Source: an uncultured Lachnospiraceae bacterium
GTDB taxonomy: Bacteria > Bacillota > Clostridia > Lachnospirales > Lachnospiraceae
Reading direction: 5' to 3'
Assembly: GCA_905201915.1 (NCBI GenBank)
Contig: CAJKQE010000005.1
Coordinates: 4,011-68,010 of the forward strand
Length of the DNA: 64,000 bases
The notes beneath the pieces were generated by a model. It did no database searches. It saw only the letters and a list, made by a program, of their open reading frames with translations, and was not told the DNA's origin. Positions 18,779 to 28,832 of this stretch are shown here, in pieces; the first letter of the stretch is position 1; every line of letters starts with the position of its first letter. A program made the translations under genes and the position numbers.

Positions 18779-21370
18779 ATGAATATCAGTAAATTTACGC
18801 AGAAATCACTTCAGGCTGTTCAGGATTTAGAAAAAACTGCTTATGAATTTGGCAATCAGGAAGTCGAACAGGAGCATTTGTTATACAATTTATTAAAGCA
18901 GGAGGACAGTCTGATTTTAAAACTCATTGAGAAAATGGAAATTCAAAAAGAACATTTTCTCAATAGAGTGGAGCAGGCTTTGAATGCAAGGACAAAGGTA
19001 TCCGGAGGGCAGCCTTATATTGGACAATACTTAAATAAGGCATTGGTAACTGCAGAAGATGAAGCCAGAACTATGGGAGATGAATATGTTTCCGTAGAGC
19101 ATTTATTTTTAGCATTATTGAATAATCCCAGCCCTTCTATGAAGAAAATATGGAATGAATATGGAATTAGCAGAGAACGTTTCCTGCAGGCTCTCAGCAC
19201 AGTGAGAGGAAATCAGAGAGTTACTACGGATAATCCGGAGGTTACTTATGATACTTTGAATAAATATGGACAGGATTTAGTAGAAAAAGCAAGAGCGCAG
19301 AAGCTGGATCCTGTAATCGGAAGAGATGCGGAAATCCGCAATGTAATCCGTATTCTTTCCAGAAAGACGAAGAACAATCCAGTGCTTATTGGTGAACCTG
19401 GTGTTGGTAAAACAGCAGCTGTAGAAGGATTGGCACAGCGTATTGTTCAAGGTGATGTACCGGAAGGATTAAAGGATAAAAAGATATTTGCTTTGGATAT
19501 GGGTGCGTTAGTTGCAGGGGCAAAATATCGAGGTGAATTTGAAGAAAGATTAAAGGCTGTTTTGGAAGAAGTCAGAAAAAGTGAAGGTCAGATTATTCTC
19601 TTTATTGATGAACTTCACTTGATTGTAGGTGCAGGAAAAACAGACGGAGCTATGGATGCCGGCAATATGTTAAAACCAATGCTGGCAAGAGGTGAATTGC
19701 ATTGTATCGGTGCAACAACCCTTGATGAATATCGTCAGTACATTGAAAAAGATGCTGCATTGGAAAGAAGATTTCAGCCTGTAATGGTAGAAGAACCTAC
19801 TGTGGAAGATACCATTTCTATTTTAAGAGGATTGAAAGAACGTTATGAGGTATTTCACGGAGTAAAGATTACAGACAGTGCTTTAGTTGCAGCAGCTACC
19901 CTTTCTGACAGATATATCAGCGATAGATTTCTTCCGGATAAGGCGATTGATTTAGTAGATGAAGCTTGTGCGTTGATTAAAACAGAGCTGGATTCTATGC
20001 CTACGGAATTAGATGAAATGCGAAGAAAAATCATGCAGATGGAAATTGAGGAAGCAGCGCTGAAGAAAGAAGATGACAGGTTAAGTCAGGACAGATTGGT
20101 AGATTTGCAGAAAGAAATGGCAGAATTAAGGGACAACTTTAACGCACAGAAAGCCCAATGGGATAACGAAAAATCTACAGTGGAACGCCTTCAGAAACTT
20201 CGTGAGCAGATTGAAGATATGAATAACAGAATTCAAAAGGCTCAGAGAAATTATGATTTAGATGAAGCTGCAAAGCTTCAGTACGGAGAACTTCCAAAGC
20301 TGCAGAAACAGTTGCAGGCAGAAGAGGAAAACGTGAAAAATCAGGATTTATCTCTGGTTCATGAAAGCGTTACAGATGAAGAAATTGCCAGAATTATCTC
20401 TCGTTGGACCGGTATTCCGGTAGCTAAACTGACAGAAGGAGAGAGAACAAAAATTCTTCATCTTGAGGAAGAACTTCATAAACGCGTCATTGGTCAGGAT
20501 GAAGGTGTAACAAAGGTTACAGATGCGATTATTCGTTCTAAAGCAGGTATTAAAGATCCTACAAAACCCATTGGTTCATTCCTGTTTTTAGGCCCTACCG
20601 GTGTAGGTAAGACAGAGCTTGCAAAGACTTTGGCAGCTACGCTGTTTGATGATGAGCAGAACATGGTTCGTATTGATATGAGTGAATATATGGAGAAATA
20701 TTCTGTATCCAGACTCATTGGAGCGCCTCCGGGATATGTAGGATATGAAGAAGGCGGACAGCTTACAGAAGCAGTGCGAAGAAAACCATATTCCGTTGTT
20801 CTTTTTGACGAGATTGAAAAGGCGCATCCTGATGTATTTAATGTACTTTTGCAGGTGCTGGATGATGGCCGTATTACGGACTCTCAGGGAAGAACCGTGG
20901 ACTTTAAAAATACCATTTTAATTATGACTTCCAATATTGGTTCTCCATATCTTTTGGAAGGAATTGAGGAAAATGGTGAGATTAAGCAGGAAGCAAGAGA
21001 TGCGGTAGAGCGTGATTTAAGGGCTCATTTCAGACCGGAATTTTTGAACCGTTTAGATGAAATGATTATGTTTAAACCACTGACAAAAGAAAATATTGGA
21101 GGCATTGTAGAGCTTCTTTTAGCAGACTTAAATAAGCGATTAAAAGATCAGGAGCTATCTATAGAATTGACAAAGGCTGCAAAAGATTATATTATTGAGG
21201 GCGGATATGATCCTGTCTATGGAGCTCGTCCTTTGAAAAGATATGTACAAAAATATGTGGAAACTTTAACTGCGAAGTTAATTCTTGCAGGAAATATAAG
21301 TGCCGGCAGCAGGATTGTTATTGATGTAGAAAATGATGAATTAGTTGCTCATGAAAAGTATGTAGAGTAA
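18779..21370 (+). CDS. clpB: ATP-dependent chaperone ClpB
   Basis: Two AAA+ modules ([16 protein letters not shown]), long coiled-coil middle domain, GARPL. Confidence 0.97.
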   Translation: MNISKFTQKSLQAVQDLEKTAYEFGNQEVEQEHLLYNLLKQEDSLILKLIEKMEIQKEHFLNRVEQALNARTKVSGGQPYIGQYLNKALVTAEDEARTMGDEYVSVEHLFLALLNNPSPSMKKIWNEYGISRERFLQALSTVRGNQRVTTDNPEVTYDTLNKYGQDLVEKARAQKLDPVIGRDAEIRNVIRILSRKTKNNPVLIGEPGVGKTAAVEGLAQRIVQGDVPEGLKDKKIFALDMGALVAGAKYRGEFEERLKAVLEEVRKSEGQIILFIDELHLIVGAGKTDGAMDAGNMLKPMLARGELHCIGATTLDEYRQYIEKDAALERRFQPVMVEEPTVEDTISILRGLKERYEVFHGVKITDSALVAAATLSDRYISDRFLPDKAIDLVDEACALIKTELDSMPTELDEMRRKIMQMEIEEAALKKEDDRLSQDRLVDLQKEMAELRDNFNAQKAQWDNEKSTVERLQKLREQIEDMNNRIQKAQRNYDLDEAAKLQYGELPKLQKQLQAEEENVKNQDLSLVHESVTDEEIARIISRWTGIPVAKLTEGERTKILHLEEELHKRVIGQDEGVTKVTDAIIRSKAGIKDPTKPIGSFLFLGPTGVGKTELAKTLAATLFDDEQNMVRIDMSEYMEKYSVSRLIGAPPGYVGYEEGGQLTEAVRRKPYSVVLFDEIEKAHPDVFNVLLQVLDDGRITDSQGRTVDFKNTILIMTSNIGSPYLLEGIEENGEIKQEARDAVERDLRAHFRPEFLNRLDEMIMFKPLTKENIGGIVELLLADLNKRLKDQELSIELTKAAKDYIIEGGYDPVYGARPLKRYVQKYVETLTAKLILAGNISAGSRIVIDVENDELVAHEKYVE

Positions 21371-21382
21371 AGGAGAAATGCA

Positions 21383-21556
21383 ATGATACCGAAAGATCCA
21401 GTAATGCTTTTAAGCTATATAAATACACAGCTTCGAGATTTTTATTCTTCTTTTGAAGGCTTATGTGAAGACAAAGGATTGAACGCAGAAGAAATTCAGA
21501 TGAAGCTGTCAGGAATTGATTATGTTTATGATTTAGAGAGAAATCAATTTGTTTAA
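21383..21556 (+). CDS. Small conserved protein, DUF4250-like (57 aa; absent from ORF track)
   Basis: AGGAG RBS; MIPKDPVMLLSYINTQLRDFYSSFEGLCED...IDYVYDLERNQFV. Confidence 0.8.
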   Translation: MIPKDPVMLLSYINTQLRDFYSSFEGLCEDKGLNAEEIQMKLSGIDYVYDLERNQFV

Positions 21557-21607
21557 AAGTTTTATTTGGGGTTGACAAAGCAGTATAAGAAGAAGTATGA
21601 TGAGGAA

Positions 21608-21762
21608 AATCGGTAGGTGAGGTTACCACAGGGATTTGGGAGACCTAAGATTGCTGCCGCAGATTTGTGGAGACACAATGCGCTGGTTAGCAGGCTATGT
21701 CGTGGAAGGCATAACCTAATGCAATTTATATGCCCTGTGATGCTAAAGCTTGTACGTAGCGC
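21608..21762 (+). ncRNA. M-box (ykoK) Mg2+ riboswitch
   Basis: GGTAGGTGAGG...TGCTGCC...TAATGCA...TGCTAAAGCT landmarks; upstream of mgtE; preceded by TTGACA. Confidence 0.88.
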
Positions 21763-21777
21763 TCAGAAATAGAAGCT

Positions 21778-21811
21778 AAAACCTTCCGGAATTTTGCCGG
21801 GAGGTTTTTTT
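21778..21811 (+). terminator. Expression-platform terminator of M-box
   Basis: AAAACCTTCCGG ... CCGGGAGGTTTT followed by TTTT. Confidence 0.8.
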
Positions 21812-21946
21812 AGTTCTTAGGGTATTGTGTTTTATGAACTAAAAAATGATTAGCAATAGAAAGAGAGGTGAGGGCAATGGAAGCAGATGCCAGTTATTGT
21901 ATAAGTAAGATAGGCAAAAAAATAAATACAGAAAGAAGGTATTGCA

Positions 21947-22741
21947 ATGAACAGACAAATTTTTACAGAATTGTTGGAAATGAAAGAGTTCAAGGCAGTA
22001 GAAAGTATTCTGGAAGGAATGAATATTGCAGAAATTGCCGGACTTCTTGGAAAATTGGAGGAAAAGGAAAGAATAGAAGTTTTTCGTCTAATTGAAAGTT
22101 CTAAAACAGCAGAGGTATTTTCTCAGTTGGATGATGATACTCAAATGTATTTGGCAGGGATACTTACGGAACAAGAAAAAAAGCACGTACAAGAAAAACA
22201 GTATTTCAATACGTCCGTGCTTATTCATGCAAAAAATCGTATGGGCTGGTTGTTGTTTTTAATGCTTTCTGCAACCATTACGCAGACAATTATTGCCCAT
22301 TATGAGTCTGCTTTTGCAGCAGTTCCCCTTTTAGTTTCCTTTATTCCTATGCTTACGGATACAGGAGGAAATTGTGGTTCTCAGAGTTCTACTTTGATTA
22401 TTCGGGGAATTGCTCTTGATGAAATTTGTTTTCGTGATATTTTTAAGGTAATGTTTAAAGAAGTAAGAGTTGCTTTGGTAGTAAGTTTAGGACTGGCAGT
22501 TGTTAACGGCATGTATATTATATTGCGTTATCATAATGGAATGTTAGCTGTTTTAATAGCAATTTCTCTGACAGCTACTATTTTCATGGCAAAGCTTATT
22601 GGATGTGTTCTTCCTTTGTTTGCGGGAAAGCTTCATTTAGACCCCGCAATTATGGCAGCACCTTTAATTACTACCATTGTAGATGCCGGCTCTATTATGA
22701 TATACTTTACCATAGCGACAAAATTATTGGGTGTAGTTTGA
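21947..22741 (+). CDS. mgtE: MgtE family magnesium transporter, short form lacking CBS pair
   Basis: TM motifs MLTDTGGNCGSQS and DPAIMAAPLITTIVD; only ~85 aa precede the membrane domain; downstream of M-box. Confidence 0.88.
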   Translation: MNRQIFTELLEMKEFKAVESILEGMNIAEIAGLLGKLEEKERIEVFRLIESSKTAEVFSQLDDDTQMYLAGILTEQEKKHVQEKQYFNTSVLIHAKNRMGWLLFLMLSATITQTIIAHYESAFAAVPLLVSFIPMLTDTGGNCGSQSSTLIIRGIALDEICFRDIFKVMFKEVRVALVVSLGLAVVNGMYIILRYHNGMLAVLIAISLTATIFMAKLIGCVLPLFAGKLHLDPAIMAAPLITTIVDAGSIMIYFTIATKLLGVV

Positions 22742-22749
22742 GGTAGATT

Positions 22750-23418
22750 ATGAAGAAAATTATAGTAATAGAAGATGATAAAGTTTTGCGTGAGGCACTT
22801 ACAGCTCTGCTTAGAGAAAATGGGTATGAGGTATGTCAGATTGTAAGATTTGAGAAGACGGAACAACAGATTGCCAGGGAAAAAGCAGATTTAGTTCTTT
22901 TAGATATTATTCTGCCCGGTACAAACGGGCAGGAAATTTTAAGAAATTTGAGGCGAATTTCCGAAGTTCCGGTGATTATGCTTACCAGCAAAACCGGGGA
23001 AACGGACGAAATTCTGGCAATGAGTTATGGGGCAGATGATTATATTACCAAGCCTTATAACCCGGCACTTTTATTGCTGAAAATAGAAGCACTTTTTCGC
23101 AGATTAAAACCACAGGAAAAGCAGGAAGAATTAGAATACAGAGGCGTGTTTTTAAATCCTTTAAAGAGCACCTTGCGCTATCAGGACAGGGAAATTGTAC
23201 TGTCAAAAAATGAGATTTCTATTTTTCATTACCTGTTAAAAAACAGAGGAAAAATCGTATCAAGAGATGAACTTATGGATTATTTATGGGATTGCAACGA
23301 TTTTGTAGATGATAATACACTGACTGTAAATGTCAATCGGCTGAGAAAAAAGTTGGAAGAAATACAACTGGTAGGCGTGATTGAAACAAGAAGAAGGCAG
23401 GGATATATCTTAATATGA
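22750..23418 (+). CDS. OmpR-family response regulator (BceR/GraR-like)
   Basis: VIEDD, LLDIILPG, FVDDNTLTVNVNRLRKKL. Confidence 0.92.
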   Translation: MKKIIVIEDDKVLREALTALLRENGYEVCQIVRFEKTEQQIAREKADLVLLDIILPGTNGQEILRNLRRISEVPVIMLTSKTGETDEILAMSYGADDYITKPYNPALLLLKIEALFRRLKPQEKQEELEYRGVFLNPLKSTLRYQDREIVLSKNEISIFHYLLKNRGKIVSRDELMDYLWDCNDFVDDNTLTVNVNRLRKKLEEIQLVGVIETRRRQGYILI

Positions 23419-24428
23419 GTATAAAAAGATATTTAAAAGACCATGGGGTTTGTATTTTGATTTTTCTGATATGTATGGGAATTACAGAAGGAATTTTTTT
23501 GCTTTTTAATGTAAGTATTACACTGCAGATTTTTGTTTTGATAGTTTTATTTTTAGGGATTTTTGCAGCAGGAATTTATGATTATAAGAGAAAAAAGAGC
23601 TTTTATCAGGAGTTAGAGCAGAAGCTTCAACAGCTGGAAGAAAAGTATCTGTTGATGGAAATGTTAGAAAAACCGGAATTTCTGGAAGGGCAGATTTTTT
23701 ATGATGTGTTATTAGAAATGCAGAAATCCATGAATGATGAAATTTTTATTCAGATACGAAAAAATAATGAATTTAAGCGGTATATAGAAACATGGGTTCA
23801 TGAAGTAAAACTTCCTATTGCCAGTATTCGTCTTATTCTCCATGAGTATAAAGGTACATCAGCCAGAACTTTAAAGGAGCAGGTAGGGAGGATTGAAGGC
23901 TATGTTGAACAGGTGCTCTATTATCTTAGAAGTGAAGTTCCGGAAAAGGATTATAGGATTGCTCCCCATTCTTTAAAAAAACTTACTAATCAGTGTATTT
24001 CTGAAAACAGAGATAGTCTGATTTTAAATAAGATAAAAATTGTGCAGGAAACACAGGATATTTCCGTTTATACAGATGAGAAATGGATGCGATTTATTTT
24101 GGGGCAGATTATCAGTAATGCAGTGAAGTATAAGAAAGAAGACAGTATAATTCGGATATGGAGTCATCAAGATGGAAAGCATAGTTTTCTTCATATTTTG
24201 GACAATGGTATGGGGATTGCAAAAGAAGATTTGCCAAGAGTCTTTGAAAAGTCTTTTACCGGTAAAAATGGCAGGATACAACAGGCTTCTACGGGAATGG
24301 GATTGTATTTATGCAATACGCTTTGTAAACGTCTGGGACATAGATTGGCTGTGCAGTCAAAAGAAGGGGAGTACACAGAAATTACCATAGAATTTTACGA
24401 AAATGAGTATCTGGATGTTTTGAAATAA
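23415..24428 (+). CDS. Intramembrane-sensing histidine kinase (BceS/GraS-like)
   Basis: 2 close TMs, WVHEVKLPI, QIISNAVKY, STGMGLYL. Confidence 0.92.
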   Translation: MSIKRYLKDHGVCILIFLICMGITEGIFLLFNVSITLQIFVLIVLFLGIFAAGIYDYKRKKSFYQELEQKLQQLEEKYLLMEMLEKPEFLEGQIFYDVLLEMQKSMNDEIFIQIRKNNEFKRYIETWVHEVKLPIASIRLILHEYKGTSARTLKEQVGRIEGYVEQVLYYLRSEVPEKDYRIAPHSLKKLTNQCISENRDSLILNKIKIVQETQDISVYTDEKWMRFILGQIISNAVKYKKEDSIIRIWSHQDGKHSFLHILDNGMGIAKEDLPRVFEKSFTGKNGRIQQASTGMGLYLCNTLCKRLGHRLAVQSKEGEYTEITIEFYENEYLDVLK

Positions 24429-24452
24429 CCTTACAGTAATGTAAGGTTATTT
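24423..24452 (+). promoter_or_regulatory. BceR-family operator-like inverted repeat upstream of the ABC genes
   Basis: AAATAACCTTACA-gtaa-TGTAAGGTTATTT matches TNACA-N4-TGTAA; -10 TATAAT at 24488-24493. Confidence 0.65.
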
Positions 24453-24523
24453 TATACAAAAAAATGGTTTGTATAAGATAAAAAAACTATAATGATACTT
24501 GAAAAATAAATTGGAGGTATGAC

Positions 24524-25291
24524 ATGGAAACATTATTAGAAGTTCAAAATCTGGTGAAATTTTATGGTAATAAAACAAGCCTTACGAAGGCAGTAAATGA
24601 TATTAGCTTTCAGGTAAATAAAGGAGAATTTACAGCAATTATGGGGGCCAGTGGTTCTGGAAAAACAACACTTTTAAACTGTATTTCTACTATTGATAAG
24701 GTAACAAGCGGTCATGTTTTGCTGAAAGGACAGGATATTACAAAACTAAAAGGCAATGCATTAATGAAGTTTCGAAGAGAGCAGTTGGGATTTATTTTTC
24801 AGGATTTTAATCTTTTAGATACTTTAAATGCCTTTGATAATATTGCGCTTGCTCTTCAGATACAAGGGAAAAAACCAGATGAAATCAAGAAAAAAGTCAG
24901 AGAGATCAGTGAAAAACTCAATGTAGAAGAAACCTTAAAAAAATATCCTTATGAAATGTCAGGTGGTCAACGTCAAAGAATTGCCTGTGCAAGAGCAATG
25001 GTAACAGAGCCTTCTTTGATTTTAGCCGATGAACCCACAGGGGCATTGGATTCTCAAAGTGCAGGTATGTTTCTTAGCAGTCTTCAATATATGAACGAGG
25101 CGCTGCAGGCTACGATTTTAATGGTAACCCATGATGCTTTTTCAGCAAGTTATGCAAAACGTGTTCTGTTTATGAAAGATGGTAAGCTGTTTCATGAGCT
25201 GAGAAAAGGAAACAACGACAGGAAAGAATTTTTTAATGAAATTATTCATGTGATTTCACTTCTGGGAGGTGACTTAAATCATGTTGTTTAA
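24524..25291 (+). CDS. ABC transporter ATPase (BceA-like)
   Basis: GASGSGKTTLLN, GFIFQDFNLL, MSGGQRQR, LADEPTGALD, MVTHD. Confidence 0.93.
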   Translation: METLLEVQNLVKFYGNKTSLTKAVNDISFQVNKGEFTAIMGASGSGKTTLLNCISTIDKVTSGHVLLKGQDITKLKGNALMKFRREQLGFIFQDFNLLDTLNAFDNIALALQIQGKKPDEIKKKVREISEKLNVEETLKKYPYEMSGGQRQRIACARAMVTEPSLILADEPTGALDSQSAGMFLSSLQYMNEALQATILMVTHDAFSASYAKRVLFMKDGKLFHELRKGNNDRKEFFNEIIHVISLLGGDLNHVV

Positions 25292-27296
25292 TCTTTCCAG
25301 AAAGAATTTTAAAAAGAGTATTCGGGATTATTCGGTATATTTTTTCACTTTGATTTTAGGTGTGGCAGTTTTTTATATTTTTAATGCTATTGAAACTCAG
25401 ACAGCCATGATGGAAGTGACAAAGGCAAAGGCGGAAATTATTGACATGATGAACAGCGCCTTAGAGGCTGTCAGTATCTTTGTATCTTTTATTTTAGGAT
25501 ATTTGATTGTATATGCCAGCCGATTTATGCTGAAAAAAAGAAAAAAAGAATTTGCTGTTTACCTGACACTAGGAATGAAAAAAACACAGATTTCAGGAAT
25601 GTTGTGGATAGAAACGGTTTTTATGGGAATTATTTCACTGGGTGTGGGGCTTTTAGTGGGAATTGGACTTTCTCAGTTTATGTCTCTTTTTGTATCGAAA
25701 ATTTTTGAGGCAGATTTATCGAAATTTGTATTTACAGTGTCGGGAAAAGCTATTGTGAAATCTGTGCTGTACTTTTTCGTGATTTATATTGTAGTGATGA
25801 TTTTGAATACATGGGAAATCAGTCGTGCCAGACTTATTCGTTTTCTGACTGCTGAAAAGAAAAAAGAGAAAAATTTCTTAAAAAATCCAATTCTCAGTGT
25901 TTTGGTTTTCGTTTTGGCATGGGTGATTTTAGGATATGCTTATTATAATGTAACAGGCAATGCACAAGCTCTTACTACGGAAGTAGATGTGTTTACTCAG
26001 ATTATTCTGGGAATTATTGGAACCTTTCTGGTGTTTTGGTCTGTTTCCGGATTTTTTGCAGCAATGGCAGGGAAAGTGTCAAAGGTATACTATAAAGGAT
26101 TAAATTCTTTTGCCGTAGGAGAGATTTCCAATAAATTAAATTCTATGGTAGCATCTGCAACGATTATCTGTCTCTTGCTTTTCATGAGTCTTTGTATTAT
26201 TACGTCTGTGTTTACCAGAAAGGCTTACAAGGATAAATTAGTAGATGAGATGGCGCCTATGGACATTTCTATGGAAAAAGTTGTGATAGAAGATCACAAG
26301 ACCATTGAGGATGTATTTGAAGAAAAGAAAATATCTATGGATGCTTTTTGTGATATTACGGAAGCATATTCTCTCCAAAGTGAGGAAATTACAAATGCAG
26401 CTGTTTTAGGGAATTATTTGTTGAAGAATATGGATAAATACGGACAAGAGTATGCGAATGTGCAAGTGGAGGTTATGAAGGTACAGGATTATAACCGATT
26501 TGCCAAAATATATCATCAGAAGACCTACAAGTTAGAGGAAGATGAATATCTTTTTGTAGCAAATCAAGAGGGTGCATTACAGATATTTAATAAAGGACTT
26601 GAGGCAAATCAAGAGATTACTTTTCAGGGAAAGAAATATTATGCAAAGGAAAATGTTTGTCAGGAAGGATTTGTGATGATGAGTTATGATAAATCTAATC
26701 AGGGAATTTTACTCCTTCCAGATGAGGCAGATTTATCGCAGTGTAAAAAATACTGCAATTATATTGCCGCTAATTATAAAAATGACAGTAAAAAATTCAG
26801 AACTATGGTGGATGAGCAGATTTCCAACAATATGAAAAATTCATGGGAAGTTCCTTATCCGGTTGTTACTGCCACACGTTCTAATATTATTGATGACAGT
26901 ATTGGTACAAGTGCCATGTATATTTTCTTAGGGATGTATCTGGGGATTAGTTTTTTACTGTCAGGAGCAGCGATTTTGTCCTTAAAAGTGCTTTCCGATG
27001 CAGCAGACAGCAAGGATAAATATGAAATTTTGAGAAAACTGGGATGCGAAGAAAGAAAAATCAGAGGCGTTGTATGGAAACAAAACAGTATGTTTTTTGG
27101 TTTGCCTGTTTTAGTGGCAGGTATTCATTCCGTTTTTGGTATTCAAGTATGTAATCAGTTGCTTTCTATCTACGGAGAACAGAGTATTTTACCGGGGTTT
27201 ACTGCAGCAGTAATTTTAGTGTTGCTTTTCTACGGAGGATATTTTCTGATTGCTCAGTTGTGTTCTTTGAGAATAATAAGAGGTGAAAAGATATGA
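25281..27296 (+). CDS. FtsX-like ABC permease (BceB-like antimicrobial peptide resistance)
   Basis: 671 aa, ~10 TM with large extracellular loop, KKRKKEFAVYLTLGM and YEILRKLG motifs. Confidence 0.9.
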   Translation: MLFNLSRKNFKKSIRDYSVYFFTLILGVAVFYIFNAIETQTAMMEVTKAKAEIIDMMNSALEAVSIFVSFILGYLIVYASRFMLKKRKKEFAVYLTLGMKKTQISGMLWIETVFMGIISLGVGLLVGIGLSQFMSLFVSKIFEADLSKFVFTVSGKAIVKSVLYFFVIYIVVMILNTWEISRARLIRFLTAEKKKEKNFLKNPILSVLVFVLAWVILGYAYYNVTGNAQALTTEVDVFTQIILGIIGTFLVFWSVSGFFAAMAGKVSKVYYKGLNSFAVGEISNKLNSMVASATIICLLLFMSLCIITSVFTRKAYKDKLVDEMAPMDISMEKVVIEDHKTIEDVFEEKKISMDAFCDITEAYSLQSEEITNAAVLGNYLLKNMDKYGQEYANVQVEVMKVQDYNRFAKIYHQKTYKLEEDEYLFVANQEGALQIFNKGLEANQEITFQGKKYYAKENVCQEGFVMMSYDKSNQGILLLPDEADLSQCKKYCNYIAANYKNDSKKFRTMVDEQISNNMKNSWEVPYPVVTATRSNIIDDSIGTSAMYIFLGMYLGISFLLSGAAILSLKVLSDAADSKDKYEILRKLGCEERKIRGVVWKQNSMFFGLPVLVAGIHSVFGIQVCNQLLSIYGEQSILPGFTAAVILVLLFYGGYFLIAQLCSLRIIRGEKI

Positions 27297-27302
27297 TAAG
27301 AA

Positions 27303-27334
27303 AAAGGAGACTGTGGTGTGAAACAGTCTCCTTT
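27303..27334. terminator. Bidirectional terminator
   Basis: AAAGGAGACTGT ... ACAGTCTCCTTT between convergent genes. Confidence 0.75.
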
Positions 27335-27360
27335 AACAATGTAGATTATTTTTTAAAATT

Positions 27361-27639
27361 TTATTCGTCCCAGCCTTCATAAAAGCGGATATTTACGGAA
27401 ATATTTCTTACAATATCACCTTCTTTTAAGTTCATATCACTGATATCGGAAACGGAAGGTAAGGAGCAATCTTCTTCAGAAAGTTCAAGGCTAATCCAGT
27501 TGTAAGCAGCTTCATTGGCATCATCAACTGCATCTTCCAAGGTATCTCCTTTTGCATAGCAACATTCTAAATCAGGAAAATATCCCTGATAACTTCCATC
27601 ATCTGTTTTGCTGAAAACAGCAGGATATATAAATTTCAT
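27361..27639 (-). CDS. HicB-family antitoxin-like protein (no adjacent hicA)
   Basis: YPAVF...Y...FPDL..CYAKGDTLEDAV..A.EA HicB N-domain pattern. Confidence 0.85.
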   Translation of the reverse strand: MKFIYPAVFSKTDDGSYQGYFPDLECCYAKGDTLEDAVDDANEAAYNWISLELSEEDCSLPSVSDISDMNLKEGDIVRNISVNIRFYEGWDE

Positions 27640-27657
27640 AATAATCTCCCTTCTAAT

Positions 27658-27849
27658 TTAAAACAAGATAAGAAAAGTATATAACAAAAAAGAATAGGAT
27701 ACAACAATAGAATTCCTCTGTATTTTTTGAAATTTTGCCTGAAACGGCGTTAAAAAGTTTAGAGTTGCCCGCAAACTTTGCAAATAATCAATTACTGCTG
27801 CAAACATAAAATTATTTTTGATTGTAAGATCTTTTAATGGTGTATTCAT
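27658..27849 (-). pseudogene. Remnant of Rpn/YhgA-like PD-(D/E)XK nuclease (putative transposase) gene
   Basis: LKDLTIKNNFMFAAV matches the usual N-terminus of this family, then similarity ends; GGAGG RBS intact. Confidence 0.6.
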
Positions 27850-27880
27850 ATTTTTCCTCCGTTTTACAGAGGAATTCTAT
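27707..27880. repeat. Perfect 16-bp inverted repeat pair enclosing the Rpn-like remnant
   Basis: ATAGAATTCCTCTGTA (27707-27722) / TACAGAGGAATTCTAT (27865-27880). Confidence 0.85.
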
Positions 27881-28048
27881 AAAGTAAAGTATAGCAGATG
27901 GAAAAAAGACTTACAACCGCTTAGAAGGAAACTTGTTAAGCACATGTATAAAATCCGTGATAACATGATACACATAGTGCTTCAACAGTTGCAAGGTGTT
28001 TCAGTTCATGATAGTATAAAGAGATTAGGAAAGTAAAGGAGAACAAAA

Positions 28049-28828
28049 ATGAGTTCTTATGAAAGTTTTGCCAGCGTGTATGATATGTTCATGGATAACA
28101 TTCCATACAGAGAATGGTGTGGATATTTAATCGGTCTGTTACAGGAATATGGTGTACAGGATGGATTAGTCTTAGAATTAGGATGTGGTACAGGGAAAGC
28201 CACAAGACTTTTATCAAGAGCAGGATATGATATGATAGGAATTGATAATTCTCCCGATATGTTGGAAATTGCTCTCGAAAAAGAAGGAAAGATAAAAGAA
28301 GATATCTTGTACCTTTTACAGGATATGCGTTCTTTTGAACTATACGGAACTGTACGTGCCGTAGTTTCTATATGTGACAGTATGAATTATATTATTGAAC
28401 CGGATGATTTGCTTAAAGTATTTCAACTGGTCAATAATTATCTTGATCCCGGCGGAGTATTTATCTTTGATATGAATACCAAATACAAATATGAAGAAAT
28501 TTTAGGAGAGTGTACCATTGCAGAAAACAGGGACACTGCCAGCTTTATCTGGGATAACTATTATGATTGTGAAGAACAGATAAATGAATATGATTTGACG
28601 CTGTTTATTCCGGAAGAAGAAGCAGGAAAAAACATGTACAGAAAGTATGAGGAAATTCATTATCAGAGAGCTTATGATATGGAAGAAGTAAAAAATCTTC
28701 TGGCAAAGGCAGGTATGGAGTTTGTAGCTGTATATGATGCCTTTACTCACCGACCTCCAAGAGCAGTTAGTGAGAGAGTATATATTATAGCAAGAGAAAA
28801 AGGGAAAAGAAGAAAACAGGAGAAATAG
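28049..28828 (+). CDS. Class I SAM-dependent methyltransferase
   Basis: VLELGCGTG motif I, GIDNSPDML, LDPGGVFIFD. Confidence 0.92.
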   Translation: MSSYESFASVYDMFMDNIPYREWCGYLIGLLQEYGVQDGLVLELGCGTGKATRLLSRAGYDMIGIDNSPDMLEIALEKEGKIKEDILYLLQDMRSFELYGTVRAVVSICDSMNYIIEPDDLLKVFQLVNNYLDPGGVFIFDMNTKYKYEEILGECTIAENRDTASFIWDNYYDCEEQINEYDLTLFIPEEEAGKNMYRKYEEIHYQRAYDMEEVKNLLAKAGMEFVAVYDAFTHRPPRAVSERVYIIAREKGKRRKQEK

Positions 28829-28832
28829 AAGT

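Noticed and set aside
21868..22095. 75-aa ORF upstream of and overlapping mgtE as the missing MgtE part
   Set aside because: Different frame and no CBS-like sequence; does not explain the short MgtE
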